Translations under genes and position numbers: made by a program
Shown: positions 35,704-44,897 of the stretch, in pieces
Layout: each line of letters starts with the position of its first letter
Numbering within the stretch: position 1 is the stretch's first letter
NCBI GenBank assembly: GCA_964613715.1
Contig: CAZTJK010000004.1
Span: forward strand, 3,834 to 67,833
From: an uncultured Candidatus Saccharibacteria bacterium
GTDB taxonomy: Bacteria; Patescibacteriota; Minisyncoccia; Phycocordibacterales; GWA1-40-21
Reading direction: 5' to 3'
DNA length: 64,000 bases
The notes under the pieces: model-generated
Database searches by the model: none
What the model was told of the DNA's origin: nothing
Seen by the model: only the letters and a program-made list of their open reading frames with translations

Positions 35704-37518
35704 TCACATCCGCTCTGGCGCAGCAATGCCGAGCAGATTCAAGCCGTTTTTAAGCACGATTGAAAACGCATCGGTGAGCGCCACCTTGTATGGCGAGGTC
35801 AGGTCTGCATCATCCACGATCTTGTTCTTCGCATAAAAGCTATTGAACGAGGACGCGAGCTCGATGAGATAGAACGTAATATAGTGCGGCGAATACTCTG
35901 CGCCAGCGCGCGCGACGACTTCCGGAAATCGATAGAGCATTTTCTCAAGCTCGCTGACTTCTCCCGTCCCCTTTTTCGGGCTCGGCTTTACCTTGGCGCT
36001 TTTGGCCTTGCGGATGATCGACCGCGCACGCGCATATGAATACTGCAGATAAGGCCCGGAATCTCCCTCGAATGAGAGCGATTTTTCGAAATCGAAAATG
36101 ATGTCCTTGCCGGTCACTTGGCGAAGGATTGCATACTTGAGCGCGCCAACTGCCACCTGTTCTATCACTATCTGCCGCTCTTTCTCGCTCATCTCGCGAT
36201 CCGTCATCTTTGCGGCGACTTTTTCCTTCACGTCTGAAAGCAATGACATGAACGTAATCACGTCTCCGGTACGCGAGGACATTTTGCCGCTCGGCAAGCG
36301 CAGCATGCCATGGGAGACATGCGAGGTCTTTGCAGCAAGATCCGGAAATACGAGACTCATCGCTTTCAGGAGCACTTTAAAATACTCATTGATCTCATTG
36401 CCCGTCACGATAATAGACTTGTCGTATTTCGTCTTGTCGTATTTTATCTTTGAAAGGCCGAGCTCTTTCGCTTCATAGGTCGGCAAGCCCTCGTTGTTTA
36501 TGAACACGCGCGTATGTAGGCCGTATTTCTCCCCGGGGAAAATGATCGAGCCCTTCTCGCCTTTCTCGAATACCGGGCCGATATTCTTTTCCACAATTTC
36601 CTTGCCGAACGGCCCTGTCTTGCTCTCGAAGAAATAGACAGCGAATTTCGTGCCGAGAATTTTGTAGATGGATTCGAAATAATCTAGAGAGATCTTCCGG
36701 CCCCAGTCATAAAGCTTGTTTATCGCCTTGTCTGATCGGTCATAAATTATCTTGTTCAGTTCGGCAAGTCCTGCCTTATACTTCTCCTGGCCAAATTCTG
36801 GTTCCTGAGCACCGGTAGCATATGCTTTTCCTAAAAATACCGCCTTCGCTTCGAGTGATTCCTTTTCGGGAAGCATGATCCCTTTATCAAGCGCAAGGAG
36901 CCTCATGCCATATATTGCCTTCGCTACATGCAACCCCACATCGCCCTGATAACAGGCGCGCTTCACCTTCGCACCATTCGCTTCCACGATGCGCGAGATG
37001 GACTCGCCGATCGAGTTCGACATGAGATGGCCGATATGGAATTCCTTGAATGGATTCGGATCAGTGTACTCGACGACCGTCTTCGCACCTTTCAAATCTT
37101 TGCTGGTTCCGAATTTATTTCCAGCTTTTATAATATCTGCTGTCGCGCTCGCAAAAAACTGTGGCGACAGGGTGAAATTGATGAAGCCCGGACCGGCAAC
37201 CTCTACCTTCTCTACTTCCTTCGGCTTGCTCTTGAGGATTTCTGCGACGATTTTTTCTGCAAAAGCACGAGGATTATGAAAATTTTTTGTTTCATTTACT
37301 GGCCTATATGTAGTCCAGACACCATGTTTTTCATTATGAATAACCTTCGAGGTCGGTCCGAAATATTTTAATGCAATAGTTGTTGTGTAATCGCCATGAG
37401 AAAGCTCGGCTGGATGCTCGAGCACGATTGCCCCATCTGCCGGCAGGCCGAGGCTTTTCAGACTATTCTGTATGGCTTTTTCCAATGCAGAGCGAATCAT
37501 ATTCTGAAAGCTTATCAC
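35704..37518 (-). CDS. argS: arginine--tRNA ligase
   Basis: HIGH motif (FHIGHLMSN), a KMSK-like SGKMSSRTG, and the C-terminal DALR anticodon-binding segment (YLQYSYARARSIIRKA). Confidence 0.92.
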   Translation of the reverse strand: MISFQNMIRSALEKAIQNSLKSLGLPADGAIVLEHPAELSHGDYTTTIALKYFGPTSKVIHNEKHGVWTTYRPVNETKNFHNPRAFAEKIVAEILKSKPKEVEKVEVAGPGFINFTLSPQFFASATADIIKAGNKFGTSKDLKGAKTVVEYTDPNPFKEFHIGHLMSNSIGESISRIVEANGAKVKRACYQGDVGLHVAKAIYGMRLLALDKGIMLPEKESLEAKAVFLGKAYATGAQEPEFGQEKYKAGLAELNKIIYDRSDKAINKLYDWGRKISLDYFESIYKILGTKFAVYFFESKTGPFGKEIVEKNIGPVFEKGEKGSIIFPGEKYGLHTRVFINNEGLPTYEAKELGLSKIKYDKTKYDKSIIVTGNEINEYFKVLLKAMSLVFPDLAAKTSHVSHGMLRLPSGKMSSRTGDVITFMSLLSDVKEKVAAKMTDREMSEKERQIVIEQVAVGALKYAILRQVTGKDIIFDFEKSLSFEGDSGPYLQYSYARARSIIRKAKSAKVKPSPKKGTGEVSELEKMLYRFPEVVARAGAEYSPHYITFYLIELASSFNSFYAKNKIVDDADLTSPYKVALTDAFSIVLKNGLNLLGIAAPERM

Positions 37519-37573
37519 AGAACGAGAGAGGAAAAAATGCTATACTACGAGCATTAACAATCATATTCGTACT

Positions 37574-38503
37574 ATGGAAAAAACAAAAACAACCGCAAAA
37601 GATTTCTTCCTCTGTCTTGGCATCGGCATCGGCCTCTATACGAGTACGATCAGTTTTCTCGTGCTCGCCTTCCAGATCACCGACTATCTTTTTCCGCTTT
37701 CAGGCGAATACCTTTCAGTGGATGGCATGATTCGGAGCTCGATCGCCGCGCTCGTCATCTTCTTCCCTGTCTTCCTGTATCTCCTGAAGCTTGGCAATGA
37801 CGACCTGGCCGCGCATCCGGAAAAGAAAGACATCTGGGTCCGGCGCTGGATGATCTATCTCACCCTCTTTCTCGCCGGCCTTGCCATGGCGATAGACCTC
37901 GTTACGCTCGTGTACCGCTTCCTCGGTGCCGAAGACCTGACCCTGCGCTTTTTCCTGAAAGTCGCGCTCGTCTTCGTGACGGCGCTCGTCGTCTTCCGCT
38001 CAATGCTCGCCGATCTGCGCCGCACGGCATTCGCCGTCACGCGGTGGATGAAAGTTGAGACGATCATCACTGCAGTTGTCCTGCTTGCAGCGGTTGTCGG
38101 CGGCGTATGCATCATCGGCTCCCCTGCCGCGCAGCATGCAAAGCAGCTTGATGCGACACGTGTGAGTGATCTCGCAAGCATTCAGAATCAGATCGTGTAT
38201 ACACAATGGACAAACAAAGGCATGGTGCCAGAGACGCTCGACGCGCTGAAAGACCCGATCTCAGGCTATACGCTGCCGACCGATCCTGAGACGCATGCAG
38301 CCTACGAATACGCGAAGCTCTCAAAGAACAGCTTCGAGCTCTGCGCCACCTTCTCGACAGCAAGCGATGCAGTAGCAAATGGCAGCACGCGCGCCGCCTA
38401 TCCGAACATGCCGGAAAATGAGAATTGGCAGCACCCGGCCGGCCATGCCTGCTTTACGAGAACGATAGACCCGACACTCTATAAGGTAGCGCCAGTGAAA
38501 TAG
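37574..38503 (+). CDS. DUF5671-like polytopic membrane protein with C-terminal extracytoplasmic domain
   Basis: Multiple TM helices in the first ~190 aa with the architecture common to DUF5671 proteins. An upstream TGcTATACT extended -10 lies at ~37545..37553. Confidence 0.5.
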   Translation: MEKTKTTAKDFFLCLGIGIGLYTSTISFLVLAFQITDYLFPLSGEYLSVDGMIRSSIAALVIFFPVFLYLLKLGNDDLAAHPEKKDIWVRRWMIYLTLFLAGLAMAIDLVTLVYRFLGAEDLTLRFFLKVALVFVTALVVFRSMLADLRRTAFAVTRWMKVETIITAVVLLAAVVGGVCIIGSPAAQHAKQLDATRVSDLASIQNQIVYTQWTNKGMVPETLDALKDPISGYTLPTDPETHAAYEYAKLSKNSFELCATFSTASDAVANGSTRAAYPNMPENENWQHPAGHACFTRTIDPTLYKVAPVK

Positions 38504-38509
38504 GAAAAT

Positions 38510-38543
38510 AAAAAGCCGGGCCGCTCTGCGGCCCGGCTTTTTA
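38510..38543. terminator. bidirectional intrinsic terminator
   Basis: AAAAAGCCGGGCCGC-tctg-GCGGCCCGGCTTTTT. Confidence 0.65.
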
Positions 38544-38551
38544 TTGTTCGC

Positions 38552-38803
38552 TTACGAGAGGTGCTTAGAGACGAGCTTCGTCATCTCGAACATGTTCACC
38601 GTATCCTTGCCGAAAATGACTTTGAGATTCGCATCGGCATTGATATTGCGCTTGTTCTTCGCGTCCTGAAGACCGTTCTTCTTGATGTATGCCCAGAGCG
38701 CCTTCACCACTTCCGAGCGAGGCATTGGGCCCTTGCCGACGATCTTTGCGAGATCGGCGCTGACATTGAGGGGCTTCATAAACGCTGAACCTTTTGCTGC
38801 CAT
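38552..38803 (-). CDS. SWIB/MDM2 domain protein
   Basis: PLNVSADLAKIVGKGPMPRSEVVKALWAYIKKNGLQDAKNKRNINADANLKVIFG matches the SWIB/MDM2 fold consensus. I place the start at the ATG at 38803 (MAAKGS...); the upstream extension of the track ORF overlaps dut. Confidence 0.65.
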   Translation of the reverse strand: MAAKGSAFMKPLNVSADLAKIVGKGPMPRSEVVKALWAYIKKNGLQDAKNKRNINADANLKVIFGKDTVNMFEMTKLVSKHLS

Positions 38804-38891
38804 ATAGTTTTGCTTAAATAAGATTACTGCTAATAAGTACCCTCTAAGGCTAGCATGGAATGCCTCTTTTGGGTATAGGCGGCTTGAGAGG

Positions 38892-39314
38892 CTATTTTCC
38901 GCTGCTGCCAAAGCCTGCTGCTCCCCGCTTCGTATCGGAAAGCTCTGCAACCTCCTGAAATTCAGCTGTTTCCTTTTTCTGAATGAGCATCTGCGCCACC
39001 TTATGCCCTTTTGCAAAGGTATATACTTTTTCGCTCAGGTTCACCAGCCCGATGAGCAACTCGCCGCGATAGCTCGAGTCCACGACTCCGCCGATCGTCT
39101 TCACTCCTTCCTTGATACCAATACCGCTTTTGTCCCACACGAGGCCGACATATCCTTCGGGAATCTCGAGTGCAATGCCGGTCTTTACCGCTTTTCGCTC
39201 GCCCGGCTGCAATGTCGTATCCTCTATCGCAAGAAGGTCAAATCCCGCATCATCATGATGCGCATAGCTCGGCATTTTTGCATCCGGATGCAGCTTTTTA
39301 ATTTTTAAAATCAT
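38892..39314 (-). CDS. dut: dUTP diphosphatase
   Basis: dUTPase motifs (AGFDL, GERKAVKTGIALEIP, GLVWDKSG, RGAAGFGSSG). I place the start at the ATG at 39314 (MILKIKK), which overlaps the glyA stop as ATGA. Confidence 0.85.
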   Translation of the reverse strand: MILKIKKLHPDAKMPSYAHHDDAGFDLLAIEDTTLQPGERKAVKTGIALEIPEGYVGLVWDKSGIGIKEGVKTIGGVVDSSYRGELLIGLVNLSEKVYTFAKGHKVAQMLIQKKETAEFQEVAELSDTKRGAAGFGSSGK

Positions 39315-40483
39315 TTCCGAAGAATCTGATCGATTTTCTTCGCGAGTTTTACCATATCCTTCTCTTTCGCGCCACGAGTGGTCTCGCCGGCCGTGCCGAG
39401 GCGGATGCCAGATGGATCGAAAGCGCTTCGCGTCTCGTTCGGAATAGTATTCTTGTTGACGATAATGCCGGCTTTCTCGAGCTTCACGCTCGCCTCTTCG
39501 CCCGACATGCCTTTCCCGTCCATCCACGTATCAACGAGGATGAGATGGCTGTCCGTACCGCCGGAGACGATCTTCCAGCCAAGCTTCTTGAGCTCCTCCG
39601 CGAGCACTTTCGCGTTCTTCACCACCTGTTGTGCGTACTTCTTGAATGCCGGGCTTGCCGCTTCCTTGAGCGCCACGGCCACTGCTGCAATCTGATTCAT
39701 ATGCGGCCCGCCCTGAAGCCCCGGGAATACCGCCTTGTCTATCTTCGCACCGAGTTCGCGGCTATCTACTTTTGAGAAAATGAGCGCGCTTCGCGGGCCA
39801 CGCAAAGTCTTGTGCACCGTCGTCGTCACGATATCAGCATATGGAAATGGCGATGGGTATGCACCGCCGGCAACAAGCCCGGCGAAATGCGACATGTCCA
39901 CCATCAAGAGCGCGCCGCATGCGTCCGCGATCTCGCGGAATTTCTTGAACTCGACGACACGCGGATAGGCTGTAAATCCCGCGATAATCATATTCGGCTT
40001 CTCGGCAATCGCGAGTTTTTTTATTTCTTCGTAGTCGATACGCTCGGTATTCTTGTCGACGCCGAATGGTACCTGGGTCCAGATCTTTCCTGTTGCAGAT
40101 ACTTTATGACCATGCGTCAGATGCCCGCCATGAGAAAGGGTCATGCCCATCACTTTTCCACCTGGCGGCACGAGCGCGAGATACACGGCAAGATTCGCCG
40201 GCGAACCTGAAAGCGGCTGCACATTCACATACCACTCTCCTGCTTTCAGGCCAAATGCTTTGAGTGCGCGAGCTTGCGCAAGCTTCTCGAGCTTGTCAGT
40301 GAATGTCTGGCCTTTATAGTAGCGCTTGTCCGGATAGCCTTCCGAATACTTGTTCGTGAATTTCGAGCCGAGCGCTTCAAGCACATCGTCCGAGACATAG
40401 TTTTCCGAGGCGATGAGCGATATCGTCTTTTTCTGCCGTGCCTCCTCGGCCTTGATGAGCTTTTTTATTTCTGCATCTTTCAT
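39311..40483 (-). CDS. glyA: serine hydroxymethyltransferase
   Basis: PLP-binding region TTTVHKTLRGPRSALIF and SHMT N-terminal conservation. Confidence 0.92.
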   Translation of the reverse strand: MKDAEIKKLIKAEEARQKKTISLIASENYVSDDVLEALGSKFTNKYSEGYPDKRYYKGQTFTDKLEKLAQARALKAFGLKAGEWYVNVQPLSGSPANLAVYLALVPPGGKVMGMTLSHGGHLTHGHKVSATGKIWTQVPFGVDKNTERIDYEEIKKLAIAEKPNMIIAGFTAYPRVVEFKKFREIADACGALLMVDMSHFAGLVAGGAYPSPFPYADIVTTTVHKTLRGPRSALIFSKVDSRELGAKIDKAVFPGLQGGPHMNQIAAVAVALKEAASPAFKKYAQQVVKNAKVLAEELKKLGWKIVSGGTDSHLILVDTWMDGKGMSGEEASVKLEKAGIIVNKNTIPNETRSAFDPSGIRLGTAGETTRGAKEKDMVKLAKKIDQILRK

Positions 40484-40550
40484 GAATATCAGGTATTCAA
40501 ATTAGGATAGCACTAAATGTACAGGCCTGCACGCCGGATAAGAAAATGCT

Positions 40551-41498
40551 ATGATGAAAATAATACCTATGGAAGATACTGCCCGCATGAAGCCAGTGAC
40601 TGACCGAATACCTGATACTCAGTATCAGGATTTGCTCAAGCGCATTCTTAAGGAAGGAACCCGAACAAATACCCAACAGGAAACGGATGCAATAACCCTG
40701 ATAGGGCCAGGCTCAATGCATTTCAAGCTTGAAAACGGCTTTCCGATAATTACCGAGCGAAATATGAGCCCGAAAGAATCGGACAAGTTGCCGGTCACGA
40801 TCTGGAAACAGGCTATCGGTGAAATATTCGCATTCATAAATGGCGCCCGCACGCTCAAAGAACTTGAGGACTTCGGCTGCAGTTGGTGGGCGCCGTGGGG
40901 TACGGAAGAAAAATGCAAAAAGCGTGGACTAGAGACTGGCGATCTTGGTCCAGGATCATATGGCGCGGCATTCCATGATTTCCCGATGATAGACGGGGGT
41001 ACGTACAATCAATTCAAGAATATCGTGGAGCAGATCAAGGAGCAGCCACATCTGCGAACGCATTTCATCAGCCCATGGATTCCGCAATACACGATCCGCG
41101 GCAAAGGCAAGCAGCAAAAAGTGGTTGTCGCTCCCTGCCACGGCTGGATACATATCCGCATCATCGATAATAAGCTTACCTTGCATATGATGCAGCGTTC
41201 CGGCGACGTGCCAGTCGGCGTGCCGTCAAACATGGTGCAATACGCAGCACTGACCATGGCGCTCGCGCAGGTGACTGATACCATCCCTTATGAATACGTA
41301 CATACGATTTCCGACGCGCATATCTATGTCGATCAAGTACCAGCAGTGGAAATAATGCTTGCGCGAGAGCCACGGGCATTCCCGACCATGAAAATCAATC
41401 CGGAGAAAAAAGATATATTCGATTTTAGAAAAGACGATTTCGAGCTTTCTGATTACAATCCGCATCCGGGCATCAAAGCAATACCAGTCGCTATATAA
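40551..41498 (+). CDS. thyA: thymidylate synthase (ThyA family, extended form)
   Basis: Catalytic region VVAPCHGWIHIRI... and MQRSGDVPVGVPSNMVQYAALT. The start is ambiguous (ATGATG...ATGGAA). Confidence 0.8.
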   Translation: MMKIIPMEDTARMKPVTDRIPDTQYQDLLKRILKEGTRTNTQQETDAITLIGPGSMHFKLENGFPIITERNMSPKESDKLPVTIWKQAIGEIFAFINGARTLKELEDFGCSWWAPWGTEEKCKKRGLETGDLGPGSYGAAFHDFPMIDGGTYNQFKNIVEQIKEQPHLRTHFISPWIPQYTIRGKGKQQKVVVAPCHGWIHIRIIDNKLTLHMMQRSGDVPVGVPSNMVQYAALTMALAQVTDTIPYEYVHTISDAHIYVDQVPAVEIMLAREPRAFPTMKINPEKKDIFDFRKDDFELSDYNPHPGIKAIPVAI

Positions 41499-41500
41499 TC

Positions 41501-41977
41501 ATGCCAAAGAAAGCATTCATCGTGTCTGACAATGTGCGTCCGGAAAATAAGAAAGTCTATGATACCATAGCCAAAAAAGGCCATTGCCCGTTCTGTCCAG
41601 AAAACCTATTCGCCTATCACAAAAAGCCAGTCATCGCTGAAGGAACATACTGGGTTCTGACGGACAATCAATGGCCCTACGACAAGATCAAGCATCAACT
41701 GCTGGCGATCCATAAGAAGCATATCGAGCACATCGAAGAGATGGATCCGGATGCAGCGCGAGAGCTTATCGAGCTTTTTCAGGCAGAAGCAAAAAAAAGA
41801 AGGATCCCGGGCGGGGGCATTGCCATACGATTCGGCTCAAATCCTCAACACGGCAGTTATGGCAATTCTGTCCTGCACCTGCATGCGCATCTCATAGAGC
41901 CGGATCTGGAGGCCTTGCTCCCCGATGAGGCATGGCGATTCAAATTCGGCCAGGGAAAAAACAACAAAAAAGACTGA
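41501..41977 (+). CDS. HIT (histidine triad) family hydrolase
   Basis: Histidine triad HLHAHLI near the C-terminus and an N-terminal CPFC zinc motif. Confidence 0.7.
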   Translation: MPKKAFIVSDNVRPENKKVYDTIAKKGHCPFCPENLFAYHKKPVIAEGTYWVLTDNQWPYDKIKHQLLAIHKKHIEHIEEMDPDAARELIELFQAEAKKRRIPGGGIAIRFGSNPQHGSYGNSVLHLHAHLIEPDLEALLPDEAWRFKFGQGKNNKKD

Positions 41978-41982
41978 TACGA

Positions 41983-42822
41983 TCAGTCTTTTTTGACGAA
42001 AATAATTTCAATCCCTTTATTCCGCATGATGGTTTCTCCGTCGAGCACGCCATACCCTTCGCAATAATAAATTTTCTTGATGCCGGAATATGCGATCTGC
42101 TTAGCACAGGGTGGGCATGGGAATGTGGTTACATAGATCTCCGCACCATCAAGCGCAATACCCCTGCGTGCAGCTTCTGCGATAAGTCCTGCTTCAGCAT
42201 GCATGGCAGTCGAAAGTTCCAAATATTCACCCTTATGGAATGCGTTGCGCGGATCACCGTTGGCATAAGGTATATGTTCTGAAGGCACGTGTTTATTGTA
42301 TCCCGCAAGAATGACTTCCCTGCCTTTTATGATCACCGCACCCACATGCCGCCACCAATCTGAGCTCCGTTCGGACTGCTTTTCTGCAAGTGCCATAATC
42401 TTTTTTGAAAATACGTCTGCGGTCATCGTCTGATCGGCAGGCACTTTGTCAGTCTTTACTGCATTCGTCCGATCCCATCGCAGAAAAATTGGAGAAAATG
42501 ATACATGGACTTTGGGAAGATATCGTTCCGCAAATACGTGCGAAATATCGTCATCCGGCATCACAATCTCGCCAGGATATGCAGCAACCCGAGAAATAAT
42601 ATTTGACTCGAGAACTTCAACAGGCATCCCGAAATGCCAGGCATCGAGCGATGCCTTCACGAGCGCTGGATCGAGCGCACGTATCTCTTTGGAAAGATAG
42701 TCGGATTCGGCAATCAGATCCTTCCCCCAGACATAGACCTTTTCCACATCACGATTCGCATTAAGCAATTTTCGATAGCCTTCGTGCAGGACAGGGATGT
42801 ACGCAATAAGGATTTTTGCCAT
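41983..42822 (-). CDS. dCMP/cytidine deaminase domain protein fused to an uncharacterised N-terminal domain
   Basis: The C-terminal ~150 aa carry HAEAGLI...PCPPCAKQI zinc-deaminase motifs. The N-terminal ~130 aa are unassigned. Confidence 0.75.
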   Translation of the reverse strand: MAKILIAYIPVLHEGYRKLLNANRDVEKVYVWGKDLIAESDYLSKEIRALDPALVKASLDAWHFGMPVEVLESNIISRVAAYPGEIVMPDDDISHVFAERYLPKVHVSFSPIFLRWDRTNAVKTDKVPADQTMTADVFSKKIMALAEKQSERSSDWWRHVGAVIIKGREVILAGYNKHVPSEHIPYANGDPRNAFHKGEYLELSTAMHAEAGLIAEAARRGIALDGAEIYVTTFPCPPCAKQIAYSGIKKIYYCEGYGVLDGETIMRNKGIEIIFVKKD

Positions 42823-42824
42823 GG

Positions 42825-43448
42825 CTACTTGGCTTTCCGCTTGCCATCTTGTGCGCTGCCGAGCACTTCTTCGAGCAAGCCGAGGATTTTCGGCGTAAGC
42901 GATTGGCCAAGGCTTTTCGCCGTGCTGATCTGCAGTTTGCGGATCTTCGCGCTTGTCGACGTCGTGGCCTGCGGCTCAAGGACGATGACTTCTCCGGAGT
43001 ATTTTTTCAAGTCAGCGAGTTCCTTCTTGCTGTAGGTTTCTTTCGTAGCGATAAGCACATCAGGTTGGATAGTCTTAATCAGGTGCCATTTCGGATGATC
43101 GAGTTCCTTGAGAACAACAATATCGACCGGCCGCATATGGGCAACCATTTCAAGGCGCTCTTCCTGGGGCACGATCGGACGCTCAGGGCCTTTCCGCGAG
43201 CGGATCTTCTCATCACTATCGACGCCGATGACGAGTATATCGCCGTGGCGCTTGGCTTCCTCAAAATAGCGGGCGTGGCCGATATGCAACATATCGAAAC
43301 TCCCCTGTGTCAGCACGACTCTCATGCCGAGACCTTTGCAGTGGGCAATGATATCCTTCAATTTCTGATAGTCGGATATATGGCGTTTATTGAAATTCGA
43401 CTCCTGGCCGAAGATAGCATTCTCGATAGGAAGCAGGCGTTTTGTCAT
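42825..43448 (-). CDS. cytidylyltransferase-like (RfaE domain II-like, HxGH) nucleotidyltransferase
   Basis: GSFDMLHIGHARYFEEAKRHGDILVIGVDSDEKIRSRKGPERPIVPQEERLEMVAHMRPVDIVV matches the (H/T)xGH nucleotidyltransferase fold. I place the start at the ATG at 43448; the upstream extension of the track ORF is antisense to folA. Confidence 0.6.
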   Translation of the reverse strand: MTKRLLPIENAIFGQESNFNKRHISDYQKLKDIIAHCKGLGMRVVLTQGSFDMLHIGHARYFEEAKRHGDILVIGVDSDEKIRSRKGPERPIVPQEERLEMVAHMRPVDIVVLKELDHPKWHLIKTIQPDVLIATKETYSKKELADLKKYSGEVIVLEPQATTSTSAKIRKLQISTAKSLGQSLTPKILGLLEEVLGSAQDGKRKAK

Positions 43449-43539
43449 GCTGAATATAGTACCCCTTGGAAGAATAAAATCAAGAAAGTGCTCAGCCTCG
43501 GAAAAATTAAAAAGATGTAGTATCCTAAGCCTACGAACT

Positions 43540-44031
43540 ATGGCACGCATCAACCTCATCGCAGCGATAGACAGAAAGCGGGTCATCGGCAAGGACAATG
43601 ACCTTGCCTGGAAAGGCGTACCGGGCGATATGAAGCGCTTCAAGGAGCTGACCACCGGCCACCCGGTCGTGATGGGCAGGAAGACGCTCGACTCCATGGG
43701 CAGCAAGCCACTTGTGAACCGCACGAATATCATAATCACCCGGCAAGCAGGCTTTGCACTGGCAGGCTGCATCATTGCCCACTCGGCAGATGAGGCACTT
43801 GCGATTGCAGCAAAGCTCGACAGCGAGATATTCGTGATCGGTGGCGGCGAAATATATGCGGAAATGATCGGCAAAGCAGACCGGCTCTATCTGACCGAGA
43901 TCGATGCAGAGTCGGATGGCAATATCTTCTTCCCGGATTACAGCGATTTCACGAAAATCGTTTCAAAAGAAGAAATGCCCGCAAGCGAGAAATTCCCGCA
44001 TCCGTATCGATTCCTCGTTTTGGAACGATAA
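43540..44031 (+). CDS. folA: dihydrofolate reductase
   Basis: MARINLIAAIDRKRVIGKDNDLAWK...PVVMGRKTLDS...IGGGEIY. I place the start at the ATG at 43540. Confidence 0.8.
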   Translation: MARINLIAAIDRKRVIGKDNDLAWKGVPGDMKRFKELTTGHPVVMGRKTLDSMGSKPLVNRTNIIITRQAGFALAGCIIAHSADEALAIAAKLDSEIFVIGGGEIYAEMIGKADRLYLTEIDAESDGNIFFPDYSDFTKIVSKEEMPASEKFPHPYRFLVLER

Positions 44032-44037
44032 GGCTGT

Positions 44038-44066
44038 TTGACAAGGACGCACAGGAGCGCAATACT
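44038..44066 (+). promoter_or_regulatory. candidate promoter TTGACA, 17 nt, AATACT
   Basis: A perfect -35 TTGACA at 44038..44043 and a 4/6 -10 hexamer, 35 nt upstream of the small Cys-rich gene. Confidence 0.3.
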
Positions 44067-44100
44067 TCATTTAGAAGCATAACTCCCAAGGAGGTAGAAC

Positions 44101-44295
44101 ATGGCTCACCCGTTAATTGAAAAGCTGGTGAAGAAGCCGCAGGGCGCCCCGAAACTCTGCGGCGACCCGAATCAGTTCCAACACTGCAGAGGCTGCGGGG
44201 TGGAAACGAATCTCGTGAAGCCCGGACATTGCCACGTGGTGGAAGGAGACAAGGCACTGAAACCGCCTTTGCCGAAAGGGAAAACGACAAGCTGA
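44101..44295 (+). CDS. small Cys/His-rich protein (64 aa), probable metal-binding
   Basis: Strong SD AAGGAGGT 6 nt from the ATG and its own terminator. C20, C30, C33 and C44-H45 form a CxnCxxC...CH pattern. Confidence 0.5.
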   Translation: MAHPLIEKLVKKPQGAPKLCGDPNQFQHCRGCGVETNLVKPGHCHVVEGDKALKPPLPKGKTTS

Positions 44296-44313
44296 TGCTT
44301 GTCGTTTTTTTTC
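44281..44313 (+). terminator. intrinsic terminator after the small Cys-rich gene
   Basis: ACGACAAGC-tgat-GCTTGTCGT followed by T9. Confidence 0.6.
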
Positions 44314-44322
44314 TATACTGCG

Positions 44323-44880
44323 TTATGAATCGAGCAGCTTCGTAAGAAGCGAATCAACCTGCCGTTCAAGGTCAGCGCGAGAACCGTTATTGTCGATGGA
44401 AAGGGTCGCCGATGTCATGACGGTCGGAATATCGCGGTCGGCTTCGCTTTCGTGATCTGCCATGAATTCGTCATATGTTTTTTCGGCATCACCCTTGTTT
44501 TCATTCCGCAGGACCTGGCGGTCGAAGCGCAGCCGCGAGTCGGCATCGATCTTGATCAGGAAGAAATTCGGCAAGGCGGAAAGATGCTTGATATCCGCAA
44601 GGCGGCGCACGCCGTCGACGATGACGATATCGCCATCAAGCGACAGCGCATCATGTGCGATCATGCGTGCAAGCAGGTCCTCGCCGAAGGCGCTGCGCAG
44701 GATGGTAGAAAGCGTGGAGAGATGCTCGCGGCTTTCCGGTATGCTAATGCGGTGCAGTACATCCCGCAGCGGTGTGGAAAAGCGGCAATCTTTGGCCTGA
44801 TAGCGCTCGACCACGTATTTCTTGACAGTCCCCTTGCCGCTTGCGAGCGGGCCCGTCAGGCCGATGATGATTTTTGCCAT
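44323..44880 (-). CDS. P-loop nucleotide kinase (dephospho-CoA kinase/dNMP-kinase-like)
   Basis: Walker A GLTGPLASGKGT and a lid-like IDADSRLRFDRQVLR. It is preceded by TTGGTATACT 9 nt upstream of the ATG. Confidence 0.5.
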   Translation of the reverse strand: MAKIIIGLTGPLASGKGTVKKYVVERYQAKDCRFSTPLRDVLHRISIPESREHLSTLSTILRSAFGEDLLARMIAHDALSLDGDIVIVDGVRRLADIKHLSALPNFFLIKIDADSRLRFDRQVLRNENKGDAEKTYDEFMADHESEADRDIPTVMTSATLSIDNNGSRADLERQVDSLLTKLLDS

Positions 44881-44897
44881 ATGTTTTGCAGTATACC

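Noticed and set aside
38804-39016. Upstream 71-aa extension of the SWIB-domain ORF
   Set aside because: It overlaps the 3' end of dut in another frame and is Arg-rich low-complexity. The SWIB domain begins at the internal ATG at 38803.
43449-43874. N-terminal 142-aa extension of the nucleotidyltransferase ORF, and track ORF 43390..43539 upstream of folA
   Set aside because: The two extensions are mutually antisense. The nucleotidyltransferase fold begins at the ATG at 43448 and DHFR at the ATG at 43540 (MARINLIAAID). The extensions are Ser/Pro/Arg-rich low-complexity.
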